NCBI GenBank assembly: GCA_964594235.1
Contig: CAZQMF010000004.1
Location: forward strand, 9,718 to 73,717
Length of the DNA: 64,000 bases
From: an uncultured Acidimicrobiia bacterium
GTDB taxonomy: Bacteria > Actinomycetota > Acidimicrobiia > Spongiisociales > UBA4744
Direction: 5' to 3'
Under the pieces are notes generated by a model, which was given only the letters and a program-made list of their open reading frames with translations, ran no database searches and was not told the DNA's origin. Position 1 is the stretch's first letter; the number at the start of each line of letters is the position of its first letter. The position numbers were made by a program, and so were the translations under genes. Shown here in pieces: positions 39,508 through 47,952 of the stretch.

Positions 39508-40295
39508 AGCAACCGCTCCAGAGTCCGTCGCGCTATCACACCGACGCCGTGCCGCCGGTAGCGTGCGGTCGCCCGGTGATCGGTAATAGGCGACGCCTCT
39601 TCGGATACGAGTCGCTGGAATTCATCGAGCGCAGCCTCGCTCGGTGATCGTTCTGCAGAGATCATCTCTTCCGCCTGCCACGCTCTCACCACCGTTGGAG
39701 CAACCGAGCCGAGCGCGACACGAGTCCTCCCGTCGGCGAAACGTGCGAGGCAGACCGAGGCGATTGCGATGACCATGGCCGAACGAGTGCCGATTTTCGA
39801 GAACCCCTGCCGGTCGGGCATCTCGGATGGCAGCTTGACACCGACGATGAGTTCCCCGGGGAGCAAGGCCGTGCGTTTGACGCCGGTGAAAAACTCGTTC
39901 CATCGCAGCTCCCGCGAGCCGTTCACGGACCGCGTCACAATCGTTGCATCGACCGCTGCGAGGAATGGGAGCGCATCACCGGCAGGACTCGCCGTTCCGA
40001 TGTTCCCTCCTATGGTTCCCGCGCTCCGGATCTGGGGTGATCCAACGGTACGGGCTGCCTCGGCCAGTCCGGGCCACGGCGAGTGTTCGAGGCGTGCGTG
40101 GGTGACGCCGGCGCCGATCCAATCGTCTCGCATTTCGCGGAGCTCTTCGATTCGTCGCAATGCGACCACGTGGGTGGGGTGGAGGTGTCCGAAGTTGACC
40201 TCGACCATCAGGTCTGTTCCGCCTGCGAGGCACGTCGTGTCGCCATCGAGCACCCGCACCGCGTCGTCGATCGTTGTCGGAAACTCGATGTGCAC
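39504..40295 (-). CDS. FAD-binding subunit of molybdopterin dehydrogenase (system 1)
   Basis: AGGTDLMVE and GTIGGNIG motifs. The listed start is TTG 40343. GTG 40295 gives a typical N-terminus (VHIEFPTTIDDAVRVL) and leaves a 62-nt divergent spacer. Confidence 0.8.
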   Translation of the reverse strand: MHIEFPTTIDDAVRVLDGDTTCLAGGTDLMVEVNFGHLHPTHVVALRRIEELREMRDDWIGAGVTHARLEHSPWPGLAEAARTVGSPQIRSAGTIGGNIGTASPAGDALPFLAAVDATIVTRSVNGSRELRWNEFFTGVKRTALLPGELIVGVKLPSEMPDRQGFSKIGTRSAMVIAIASVCLARFADGRTRVALGSVAPTVVRAWQAEEMISAERSPSEAALDEFQRLVSEEASPITDHRATARYRRHGVGVIARRTLERLL

Positions 40296-40357
40296 GTCAC
40301 GCCCAAATCTAGCCGCTTGCCGGCCCTGCCTACCCGCTGCCAAGTAAGGTCCGACTC

Positions 40358-41023
40358 ATGGACATCGATGCGATCCTTGCGCGGTGCGAGTCGGCTCTCG
40401 AAGGTTCCAACGCAGTTGACCTTTCAGGGTTGGGCTTCTGGAGGGTCGTTGCTCGGCTCAAGCGTGACCCGCAACTCGCTGCCCGCTACGGCAGTCGTGT
40501 TGCGAAGATCGACGAGAACGCGTTCTCTCGTTGGGCCTTTCTTCGGCTTCCCATCGGCGTCGGTATCGGTCTGATGGCGCTGTTCACCGTCGCGGGTCTC
40601 GCCGTGGTGTCGCTCGCCTACTACGTCGACGCTCCATGGAACGGCATCTGGGTGCTCATTGGCACGGGTGTACTCCTCGGTTCGACGCACACACTCGCGC
40701 ACTTCGTCGTAGGTCGAATCGTCGGTATTCGATTCACCCACTGGTTCATCGGGCGCACTCCCCAACCGGGCGTCAAGATCGACTATGTCAGCTACCTGGC
40801 CACGCCGCCACGTGCCCGGGCCTGGATGCACGCATCGGGGGCGCTGGCCACGAAACTGGTCCCGTTCCTCAACATCGGCGCCGCGTGGGGATCTCACTCT
40901 CCGGCATGGACGCTGTGGGTACTCCTGCTGCTCGGCCTCGTGATGATCGCGACGGACGTCTTTCTGTCGACGAAACAGTCGGACTGGAAGAAGTTCCGCC
41001 GAGAGATGCGCTACGCCTCCTGA
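40358..41023 (+). CDS. hypothetical polytopic membrane protein
   Basis: 221 aa. A soluble N-terminal region of about 70 aa, then about 5 hydrophobic helices. STHTLAHF (HxxxH). No family recognised. Confidence 0.5.
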   Translation: MDIDAILARCESALEGSNAVDLSGLGFWRVVARLKRDPQLAARYGSRVAKIDENAFSRWAFLRLPIGVGIGLMALFTVAGLAVVSLAYYVDAPWNGIWVLIGTGVLLGSTHTLAHFVVGRIVGIRFTHWFIGRTPQPGVKIDYVSYLATPPRARAWMHASGALATKLVPFLNIGAAWGSHSPAWTLWVLLLLGLVMIATDVFLSTKQSDWKKFRREMRYAS

Positions 41024-41101
41024 CAGCTCTGTTCAGGAGACGGTCTCGGGTCACTAGTCTCCAGCAACCGGCCCCCGCCGTGCATGGTCCCGGTGCGCGG
41101 T

Positions 41102-41128
41102 TCCTACCGAGAACCGACAACCGATGTA
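41102..41128 (-). repeat. heptad repeat array B (plus strand TCCTAC CGAGAAC CGACAAC CGATGTA)
   Basis: 7-nt units directly 3' of the hairpin after the Zn-ADH gene. Sense strand reads GGTTGTC GGTTCTC GGTAGG. Confidence 0.55.
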
Positions 41129-41152
41129 GGGCCCGCTCGCGGACCCTACATC
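41123..41152. terminator. terminator-like hairpin spanning the Zn-ADH stop
   Basis: 9-bp stem GATGTAGGG / CCCTACATC plus inner GC pairs. Lies between convergent genes. Confidence 0.45.
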
Positions 41153-42141
41153 GTAAGGACGGCTGCCCCCGCGACCCGGCCCTCGCGAAGGTCCAAGAGC
41201 GCCCGGTTGGCGTCCTCGAGCCCGTACTGCTGGACGACCGTTCTGATGGGAATCTCGGCGGCAAGCCGGAGGAACTCGCGGGCATCGTTCTTCGTGAAGT
41301 TGGCGACGCTGCGGATCTGTCTCTCCAGCCACAGGTACCGGTAGTCGAATGCGGGCATCTCGTCGAGGTGGATCGCGTTGATCGCGACTGCTCCTCCTCT
41401 ATCGACCGCTTTCAGTGCCTGAACGACGACGGACCCCACCGGTGCGAATGTCACAGCAGCGTCGAGCGGCACCGGCGGTACTTCGTTGTACCCGCCTGTC
41501 CAAACGGCTCCCATCTCGGTTGCCCGTGTGCGCTCCGCCTCGGATCTTGTTGCGACGTACACGCTGCATCCCCAGTGCAGGGCAACCTGCAGCGAGAGCA
41601 GCGCCGACGCTCCGAATCCGTACAATCCGAGCCTGCCACCCGGCTGAATTCCCGATACCTTCAGAGCGCGGTAGCCAATGACTCCACCGCACAGCAGCGG
41701 CGCCACGTCGACGTCAGATACGCCCTCCGGGAGTCGAAACGCGAACCCCGCGTCGACGGTCGCCTTCTCTGCATATCCGCCGTCGCGGTGCCATCCGGTG
41801 AACACCGCTGAGTGGCACAGGTTTTCGCGACCCGACCTGCAGAAGTCGCATGTTCCGCAACTCCCGCCGATCCATCCGACTCCGGCCCTGTCTCCCAGGC
41901 TCCACCCTCGCACCCCGTCTCCGACGGCGGCGACGGCCCCGACGATCTGGTGTCCTGGAATCACCGGAACCTCGTGCAGCTCGATGTCGCCTTCGACCTC
42001 CTGAAGGTCGGTGCGACACACACCGCATGCCTTCACGTCCAGCAGTAGTTCCCCGGCCATCGGAAAGGGATCATCTGTGCGCTCGAGGCGTAGCGGTTGC
42101 CGATCGATCGGCCCCGGTTCGTACAGCAGCTGCGCACGCAT
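41146..42141 (-). CDS. zinc-dependent alcohol dehydrogenase family oxidoreductase
   Basis: 331 aa. GVCRTDL...GHQIVG catalytic Zn site, structural Zn CGTCDFCRSGRENLC, Rossmann motif GFGASA. Confidence 0.85.
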   Translation of the reverse strand: MRAQLLYEPGPIDRQPLRLERTDDPFPMAGELLLDVKACGVCRTDLQEVEGDIELHEVPVIPGHQIVGAVAAVGDGVRGWSLGDRAGVGWIGGSCGTCDFCRSGRENLCHSAVFTGWHRDGGYAEKATVDAGFAFRLPEGVSDVDVAPLLCGGVIGYRALKVSGIQPGGRLGLYGFGASALLSLQVALHWGCSVYVATRSEAERTRATEMGAVWTGGYNEVPPVPLDAAVTFAPVGSVVVQALKAVDRGGAVAINAIHLDEMPAFDYRYLWLERQIRSVANFTKNDAREFLRLAAEIPIRTVVQQYGLEDANRALLDLREGRVAGAAVLTM

Positions 42142-42142
42142 G

Positions 42143-43612
42143 TCAGAGTTCTGCGAGGAGTCCGGTCTTCTCGTTGAACGCCTCGATGTGACGGTCCATT
42201 GCGTCGACCTCGGACTGGACTGACGTCCAGTAGTCGTCGTCGTACCACTGAGCCTGAATCTCCTCGTAGCTCCTACCCTGCTGCTCGACCCACGTGTAGT
42301 ACTTCAGGTTGTGGATGCGCTTGCGACCTTGGTAGTCGAGTTCGACCATGGCGTCGGTCCCGGTACCTCGCAGGTAGCGCTCGAACGCGCGGACTGCGTC
42401 GTCCCGAGTGAACGCACCACGCTCTTCATTGAGTTCCCTCAGTCGTGACTCGTACATCTCAACGGAGTCTGTCGCCACGGTCATCACGACGTCCCGGCCG
42501 GTCATCTCGTTCCACTTGGCGAACTTGATCGACGACAGCATGTTCGCAATGCTCGAGATGCCGAGCTGCGGGAGTTCCTCCACAAAGGATGCGTCCACAC
42601 CTCGCTCGATCAGGTAGTCCTGACCGACCGGTTCGTTGAAGAGCCGCAAAATCTGCATGGTGGCTTCGTCATCGATGGCTGTAACGAAGTCGGTGTTCTT
42701 CACATTGTGGATCCACGGAACGTGCTTGTCGCCAATCCCCTCGATTCGATGAGCGCCGAACCCATTCTCGAGCAACGTCGGGCACTGGAGGGCCTCACTC
42801 GCGACGATCTTCGACGTCGGGAACTGCTGCTTCATGTAGTCGCCTGAGCCGATCGTCCCTGCCGACCCCGTCGTCAACGCGACACCCCGGTACCGATCGC
42901 CGGATCCCAAGATCTGTTCCAGGACCTCGACCATCGCGGGACCGGTGATCGTGTAGTGCCACAGGTAGTTGCCGAACTCGTCGAACTGGTTGAAGATCAC
43001 GACGTCCTCGCCTGATCGCCTGAGCTCCCACGTCTTGTCGAAGATCTCTTTCACGTTGCTCTCCGAGCCAGGAGTGGCGATGACTTCGCCGGCGACCTTG
43101 GCGAGCCACTCGAACCGCTCTTTGCTCATTCCCTCGGGAAGGATCGCGACGGATTCACATGCGAGCAGATTCGAATCGTACGCCCCGCCCCGGCAGTAGT
43201 TGCCTGTCGACGGCCACACCGCCTTCTGTGTGGTCGGATCGAACTGGCCGGTCACCAGTCTCGGAACGAGGCACCCGAACGCAGCTCCGACCTTGTGGGA
43301 TCCCGTCGGGAACCATTTGCCGACCAGTGTGACGATGCGGGCCGGGGCACCGGTGAGTGCGGACGGGTACTCGAGGAAGTTCACACCACCGAACCCGCCC
43401 CCGCTCGGCACGGCTTCGTTCTTCCACGTGATCCTGAACAGGTTGACCGGGTCGAGGTCCCACAGGCCGACGTCACCGAGTCGCGTCTTGATCGCCTCGG
43501 GCACCAGCCTTGGGTCGCGCTGCTGAGCGAATGTCGGAATGATGATGTTGCGCTCGCGGGCCCTCTGAACCGCCCGCCCCAGCGGGCCTTCGTGAATGGT
43601 GAGGTCGATCAC
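42143..43612 (-). CDS. fold-type-II PLP-dependent enzyme (CysK/Trp-synthase-beta superfamily), atypically long
   Basis: 489 aa. Candidate PLP-Lys in PTGSHKVGAAFG and Asn-loop equivalent PSTGNYCRGGA. Extension of about 100 aa at each end. Substrate unknown. Confidence 0.75.
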   Translation of the reverse strand: MIDLTIHEGPLGRAVQRARERNIIIPTFAQQRDPRLVPEAIKTRLGDVGLWDLDPVNLFRITWKNEAVPSGGGFGGVNFLEYPSALTGAPARIVTLVGKWFPTGSHKVGAAFGCLVPRLVTGQFDPTTQKAVWPSTGNYCRGGAYDSNLLACESVAILPEGMSKERFEWLAKVAGEVIATPGSESNVKEIFDKTWELRRSGEDVVIFNQFDEFGNYLWHYTITGPAMVEVLEQILGSGDRYRGVALTTGSAGTIGSGDYMKQQFPTSKIVASEALQCPTLLENGFGAHRIEGIGDKHVPWIHNVKNTDFVTAIDDEATMQILRLFNEPVGQDYLIERGVDASFVEELPQLGISSIANMLSSIKFAKWNEMTGRDVVMTVATDSVEMYESRLRELNEERGAFTRDDAVRAFERYLRGTGTDAMVELDYQGRKRIHNLKYYTWVEQQGRSYEEIQAQWYDDDYWTSVQSEVDAMDRHIEAFNEKTGLLAEL

Positions 43613-44838
43613 GGAATCTCCAGTCTGTCGACAACTGCCTTGACGGCATCCAATGTGGGTTCGATCGTGTACGGCTCGGCACCCGCCATGCCGGCGGCGC
43701 GCACCGCAGACGCGACATCCTTGAGACCGTTCCCGGTGTTGAGAACGACAACACGGTCGGACTCTCCCAGGATCCCGAGCTCGCGTGCCCGAATGAATCC
43801 GGCGTATGCTGCAGCGCCGGCAGGTTCACCGAACACGCCGCTCGCTCGAGCCATCGCGGGAATCGCGTTCAGGATCTCGTCGTCTGCCACGGTCACGTAC
43901 GCACCCTCTGTTTCGATGACCGCCGCCATTGCCTTGATCCGGTCGCGTGGAAGGCCGGCCGAGATCGAGTCTGCAACCGTCGTCGCATCGATCGGTGGTT
44001 TGGTCAGCACATCCTCGCCGTTGGCCCAGGCTTGCGCGAGATAGTTGCTCCCCGCTGCTTGGACACCGATCAGCCTCGGAATCCGATCGGTCCATCCGAG
44101 GGCAACAAGATCCTTGAAGCCCTTGTGGAGGCCACCAATGATACATCCGTCCCCGACGCTCACTACGACCGCGTCGGGCACGTTCCACCCGAGCTGCTCT
44201 GCGATCTCGTAGGCGGCCGTCTTCTTTCCTTCGCTCATATACGGGTTGTAGGCGGTGTTGCGGTTGTACCAGCCGTACTCCGCCGCGACCTGCAGGCACA
44301 GCTCGAAGGCGTCGTCGTAGGTGCCCTGGACCGTAAACACGGTGGAACCGAACACGAGGAGCTGCGCGATCTTCGCTCGCGGCGCGGACGCCGGGACGAA
44401 GATCACGTTCCGTTGACCGACCGACGCCGCAATCCCTGCGAGCGCTGCCGCAGCGTTCCCTGTCGATGCGGTTGTCACAACGTCAGCACCACACTCTCTC
44501 GCCTTCACGACCGCGATGGCGCTCGCGCGGTCCTTGAAGGACGCCGTCGGTTCCCGTCCGTCATCCTTGATCCAGAGGCCACGCTCAACCTGGTACACGG
44601 GCGTCCAGCCGATGCGGAGTGGTGGAACCTCGGCGTTCTGTCGAATCGGCAGCAGCGGGCGGTATCGCCACATCGACCAATCGGAGCCGAGTTCGTCTCG
44701 ATCGATAGTCTCGCGCAAGGAGTCGTAGTCGTAGATGACGTCGAGGATGCCCTCATTGCCGTGTTTGGGACAGACGTACTCGACCTGGTCCGGCCCATAC
44801 ACCGTCCCGCAGATGACACAGCGAAGTCCGATGATCAT
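43609..44838 (-). CDS. threonine-synthase-like PLP enzyme with N-terminal zinc ribbon
   Basis: 409 aa. CVICG...CPKHG ribbon, TASFKDRASA PLP-Lys motif, ASTGNAAAALA. 4-nt overlaps on both sides. Confidence 0.8.
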   Translation of the reverse strand: MIIGLRCVICGTVYGPDQVEYVCPKHGNEGILDVIYDYDSLRETIDRDELGSDWSMWRYRPLLPIRQNAEVPPLRIGWTPVYQVERGLWIKDDGREPTASFKDRASAIAVVKARECGADVVTTASTGNAAAALAGIAASVGQRNVIFVPASAPRAKIAQLLVFGSTVFTVQGTYDDAFELCLQVAAEYGWYNRNTAYNPYMSEGKKTAAYEIAEQLGWNVPDAVVVSVGDGCIIGGLHKGFKDLVALGWTDRIPRLIGVQAAGSNYLAQAWANGEDVLTKPPIDATTVADSISAGLPRDRIKAMAAVIETEGAYVTVADDEILNAIPAMARASGVFGEPAGAAAYAGFIRARELGILGESDRVVVLNTGNGLKDVASAVRAAGMAGAEPYTIEPTLDAVKAVVDRLEIP

Positions 44839-45788
44839 CTCGTGATCCGTGTTCCGGTCTCACCTCGCACGGCCCGTTCGATGTTCTCGGGGTTCGTGAT
44901 GATGACCTCGGTGCCGCCAGCTTCGAGATACATGATCGCCGCCTCGATCTTGGGCGCCATGCTGCCTTTTGCAAAGTGGACGCCCTCACCGAGGTGCTGT
45001 TTCGCCTCCTCGAGCGTCATGGAGTCGACCCATCGCTGGTCCGATGTGCCCCATCCGAGCGCGACCTTCTCGACGGAGGTCGAGATCAGCAGGAGTTCCG
45101 CGCCGAGTTCACTCGCGAGCAGCGCCGAGGCCCGGTCCTTGTCGATCACCGCCGGAACGCCTCTCAGCCATCCCCCTGGATCGGCGACGACCGGGATTCC
45201 ACCACCACCGACACAGATGACGGCCATGCCACTCCCGAGGAGGTCACGAATGGCGCCGATCTCGACGATCCGTTTCGGTTGGGGAGATGCAACGACCCGC
45301 CGCCAGCCTCTGCCGGCATCCTCGACGACCTCCCATCCGTCAGACAGGCGCCGCTGTTCCGCCGTGCCCTCGTCCATGAACGAGCCGATCGGTTTCGACG
45401 GATGCTCGAATGCGGGGTCGGCCGGATCGACCTCGACCTGGGTGACGACCGTCGTGACTGTCTTGTCGATCCCGAGGGCAAGGAAGTCGTTGTAGAGGTT
45501 CTGCTGGAGCGCATACCCGATCGCGCCCTGGGTGTCGGCGCCACACACGTCGAGCGGGACCTCGTGGAGCTCACCTCGTGAAATCTCGGATCGCCGAAGG
45601 ATGAACCCGACCTGCGGCCCGTTCCCGTGGGTTATCGCGACGTCCCATCCTTCCCTGATCAGTTCAGCGATGTGGTGGTCGGTTTCCCCTGCTGCTATGT
45701 ACTGGTCCTCGACGGTGGAATGTGCACTGTCCTTGATCAACGAGTTGCCGCCGATCGCCACCACCGCCAGTTTCGTGTTGCCCAACAC
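44835..45788 (-). CDS. arcC: carbamate kinase
   Basis: 317 aa. AIGGNSL, THGNGPQVG, GGGGIPV, and a C-terminal amino-acid-kinase fold. AAGGAG lies before the GTG start. Confidence 0.9.
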   Translation of the reverse strand: MLGNTKLAVVAIGGNSLIKDSAHSTVEDQYIAAGETDHHIAELIREGWDVAITHGNGPQVGFILRRSEISRGELHEVPLDVCGADTQGAIGYALQQNLYNDFLALGIDKTVTTVVTQVEVDPADPAFEHPSKPIGSFMDEGTAEQRRLSDGWEVVEDAGRGWRRVVASPQPKRIVEIGAIRDLLGSGMAVICVGGGGIPVVADPGGWLRGVPAVIDKDRASALLASELGAELLLISTSVEKVALGWGTSDQRWVDSMTLEEAKQHLGEGVHFAKGSMAPKIEAAIMYLEAGGTEVIITNPENIERAVRGETGTRITR

Positions 45789-45814
45789 CGTCTCCTTCTG
45801 GAAGATGGCACTCC

Positions 45815-46789
45815 CTACATCGTCAGTGCCATCACTGCCTTCTGCGCGTGCAGCCTGTTCTCTGCCTGATCGAAGACGACACTATGTGAACCGTCGATGA
45901 CCCCGTCGGTGACCTCGATGTTTCGGTCCGCCGGCAGCGGGTGCATATAGATCGCGTCCTCGTTGGCGAGGGCCATCCTGCGCTCGTCGGTGATCCAATC
46001 CGTGTACTTGTCGCCGATCGCCTTCGATTCTGCATCGTCGGTCGTGGTCAGCATTGCACCCCAGCTCTTCGCGTACACGACGTCGGCTCCACGGAACCCC
46101 TCATCGAAGTCCTCGATGATCTCGAACGATCCGTGCGCCTTGCGGGCGTTCTCCTCTGCCTGCGCCACGATCTCGGGCATCAGCATGAACTCCGGTGGGC
46201 GGGTCAGTCTGACGTTCATCCCAAACCTCGTCGCCAGCAGGATCAGGCTCTGTGGAACGCTCAATGGCTTCTGGTAGCTGGACGCGTAGGCGTAGCTCAC
46301 GTTGATCGTCCTGCCGCGAGGATCACCCTTCTTCTCGATGATCGTCATCAGGTCCGCGAGGATCTGGTGCGGGTGGTACATCTCGCACTGCATGTTGAGT
46401 ACGGGCACTCGGCTTGCCTCGGCAACAGCACGCTGGTACCCATTTCCAACCCCCCAGTCGACCTGGCGAATCGCGATACCTGCGCTGTAACGACCGAGGA
46501 TCTCGCCGATCTCCGTGGCAGTGTCGCCGTGGCTGATCTGCGTCGTACGAGACTCCATGAACATGGCATGCCCGCCGAGTTGCGCCATCCCGGCCTCGAA
46601 ACTCGCTCTCGTCCTGGTGCTCGAGAAGAAGAACAGCATCGCGAGCACCTTGTCGCGCAGGTATGCGTGCGGCTCGCCGAGCGCCTGCTTGCGCTTCAAG
46701 TCCAACGCGACATCCAGCACCGTGTCGATCTCGTCCTTGGTCCACTCCTGGGTCGTGATCATGTCCCGACCCCTCAATCCCGTCTGCAT
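45815..46789 (-). CDS. ygeW: YgeW-like carbamoyltransferase of unassigned specificity
   Basis: 324 aa. STRTR carbamoyl-phosphate motif, HPHQ, YMHPLPAD. The stretch AYASSYQKPLSVPQSLILLATRFGM resembles my recollection of E. coli YgeW rather than OTC or ATC. Confidence 0.7.
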   Translation of the reverse strand: MQTGLRGRDMITTQEWTKDEIDTVLDVALDLKRKQALGEPHAYLRDKVLAMLFFFSSTRTRASFEAGMAQLGGHAMFMESRTTQISHGDTATEIGEILGRYSAGIAIRQVDWGVGNGYQRAVAEASRVPVLNMQCEMYHPHQILADLMTIIEKKGDPRGRTINVSYAYASSYQKPLSVPQSLILLATRFGMNVRLTRPPEFMLMPEIVAQAEENARKAHGSFEIIEDFDEGFRGADVVYAKSWGAMLTTTDDAESKAIGDKYTDWITDERRMALANEDAIYMHPLPADRNIEVTDGVIDGSHSVVFDQAENRLHAQKAVMALTM

Positions 46790-46856
46790 TGTTGCTCCTT
46801 GCGGTCTTCAGTCATCGGTTATCAGTTCAGAACGACGGAAGCACGGCCATCGGTAC

Positions 46857-46883
46857 TCCTACCGACAACCGAGAACTGAGAAC
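46857..46883 (-). repeat. heptad repeat array C (plus strand TCCTAC CGACAAC CGAGAAC TGAGAAC)
   Basis: Three 7-nt units starting 4 nt after the stop of the PyrB-like gene. Sense strand reads GTTCTCA GTTCTCG GTTGTCG GTAGG. Confidence 0.6.
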
Positions 46884-46887
46884 CGTC

Positions 46888-47847
46888 CTACTCCATCGCT
46901 CCCAGCACGAGGGCGAGGAGGGCCATGCGCATCACGACGCCGTTGTACGCCTCCTGCCAGTAGCGGGCGTACTTCGTGGCGTCCACATCGGGTGGCAGCT
47001 CGTCCATGCGCGGCAGCGAGTGCAAGATGATCGCATCCGACTTCGCCTTGTCTGCGAGGAGACCCCTGGTCACCTTGTAGTTGTCCGGGGTGAGACCCAT
47101 CTCGGCGCCGCGCTCGTCGCGGCCTTTCGTGTAATCGGCCTGCACGACTGGCTCCATGTAGATGACGTCCGCCTCTGCGATCACGTCCGCTACATGCTCG
47201 GCCGTACGGACGAACAGGTTCTGCTCGGCGAGTTCGGCCTTGAAGTCATCCGTCAGTGACATCTCGGGTGGCGAGACCGAAATCATCTGCGCATCGAACT
47301 GGGTGAGCGCATATCCGAGCGAGTGCATGGTGCGCATCCGCATGTCACCGATCGCGACGAACGTGAGGCCGTCGATCGTCCCCTTCTCGACCAGCACCGT
47401 GTAGAGATCGGTCAGCACCTGTGTCGGATGTTCTCCCCACCCGTCGCCTGCATTGATGACAGGCACACTCGCCCACTTGGCGGCCTCCTGCGGAGCACCC
47501 TGCTGGAAGTGCCGCATGACGATGGCGTCGCCGTAGTACTCCAGCATGTGAACGGTGTCCTTGATCGACTCCTGGTAGAAGTCGCCGGCACGCGTCATCT
47601 TGGCATCCGAGAACCCCAGCACGGCGCCTCCGAGCCGATGCATCGCCGCCTCATGAGCCATGCGTGTTCGAGTCGACGGCTGGTAGAAGGCGGTCAGCAG
47701 AGTCTTGTCCGACAGCAGATCGATGTTGCGACGTTCACGAGCGATCGGTTCCAGCTCGGATGCGGTCTCGAACACGTGCTCGAACTCTGCCCGTTCGAAG
47801 CCCTTCAGCGACAGGATGTCCCGGCCGGCGAAGCTCCTCATTGACAC
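46888..47847 (-). CDS. aspartate-carbamoyltransferase-like enzyme with a divergent second-substrate site
   Basis: 319 aa. STRTR, MRH, HPTQ and HSLPR conserved. The region aligned with the E. coli Asp-binding TRVQKER reads EPVVQAD. AAGGAG lies before the ATG. Confidence 0.75.
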   Translation of the reverse strand: MSMRSFAGRDILSLKGFERAEFEHVFETASELEPIARERRNIDLLSDKTLLTAFYQPSTRTRMAHEAAMHRLGGAVLGFSDAKMTRAGDFYQESIKDTVHMLEYYGDAIVMRHFQQGAPQEAAKWASVPVINAGDGWGEHPTQVLTDLYTVLVEKGTIDGLTFVAIGDMRMRTMHSLGYALTQFDAQMISVSPPEMSLTDDFKAELAEQNLFVRTAEHVADVIAEADVIYMEPVVQADYTKGRDERGAEMGLTPDNYKVTRGLLADKAKSDAIILHSLPRMDELPPDVDATKYARYWQEAYNGVVMRMALLALVLGAME

Positions 47848-47952
47848 TCTCCTTTCGAGGAATGGTCCAAGCCTATCGCTTCCCGCACCCCTCCCATCCG
47901 TTTCGGACGACGACCACCGAGGCCGGCCTCAACCCTCTATGCTTGCCCGAAC

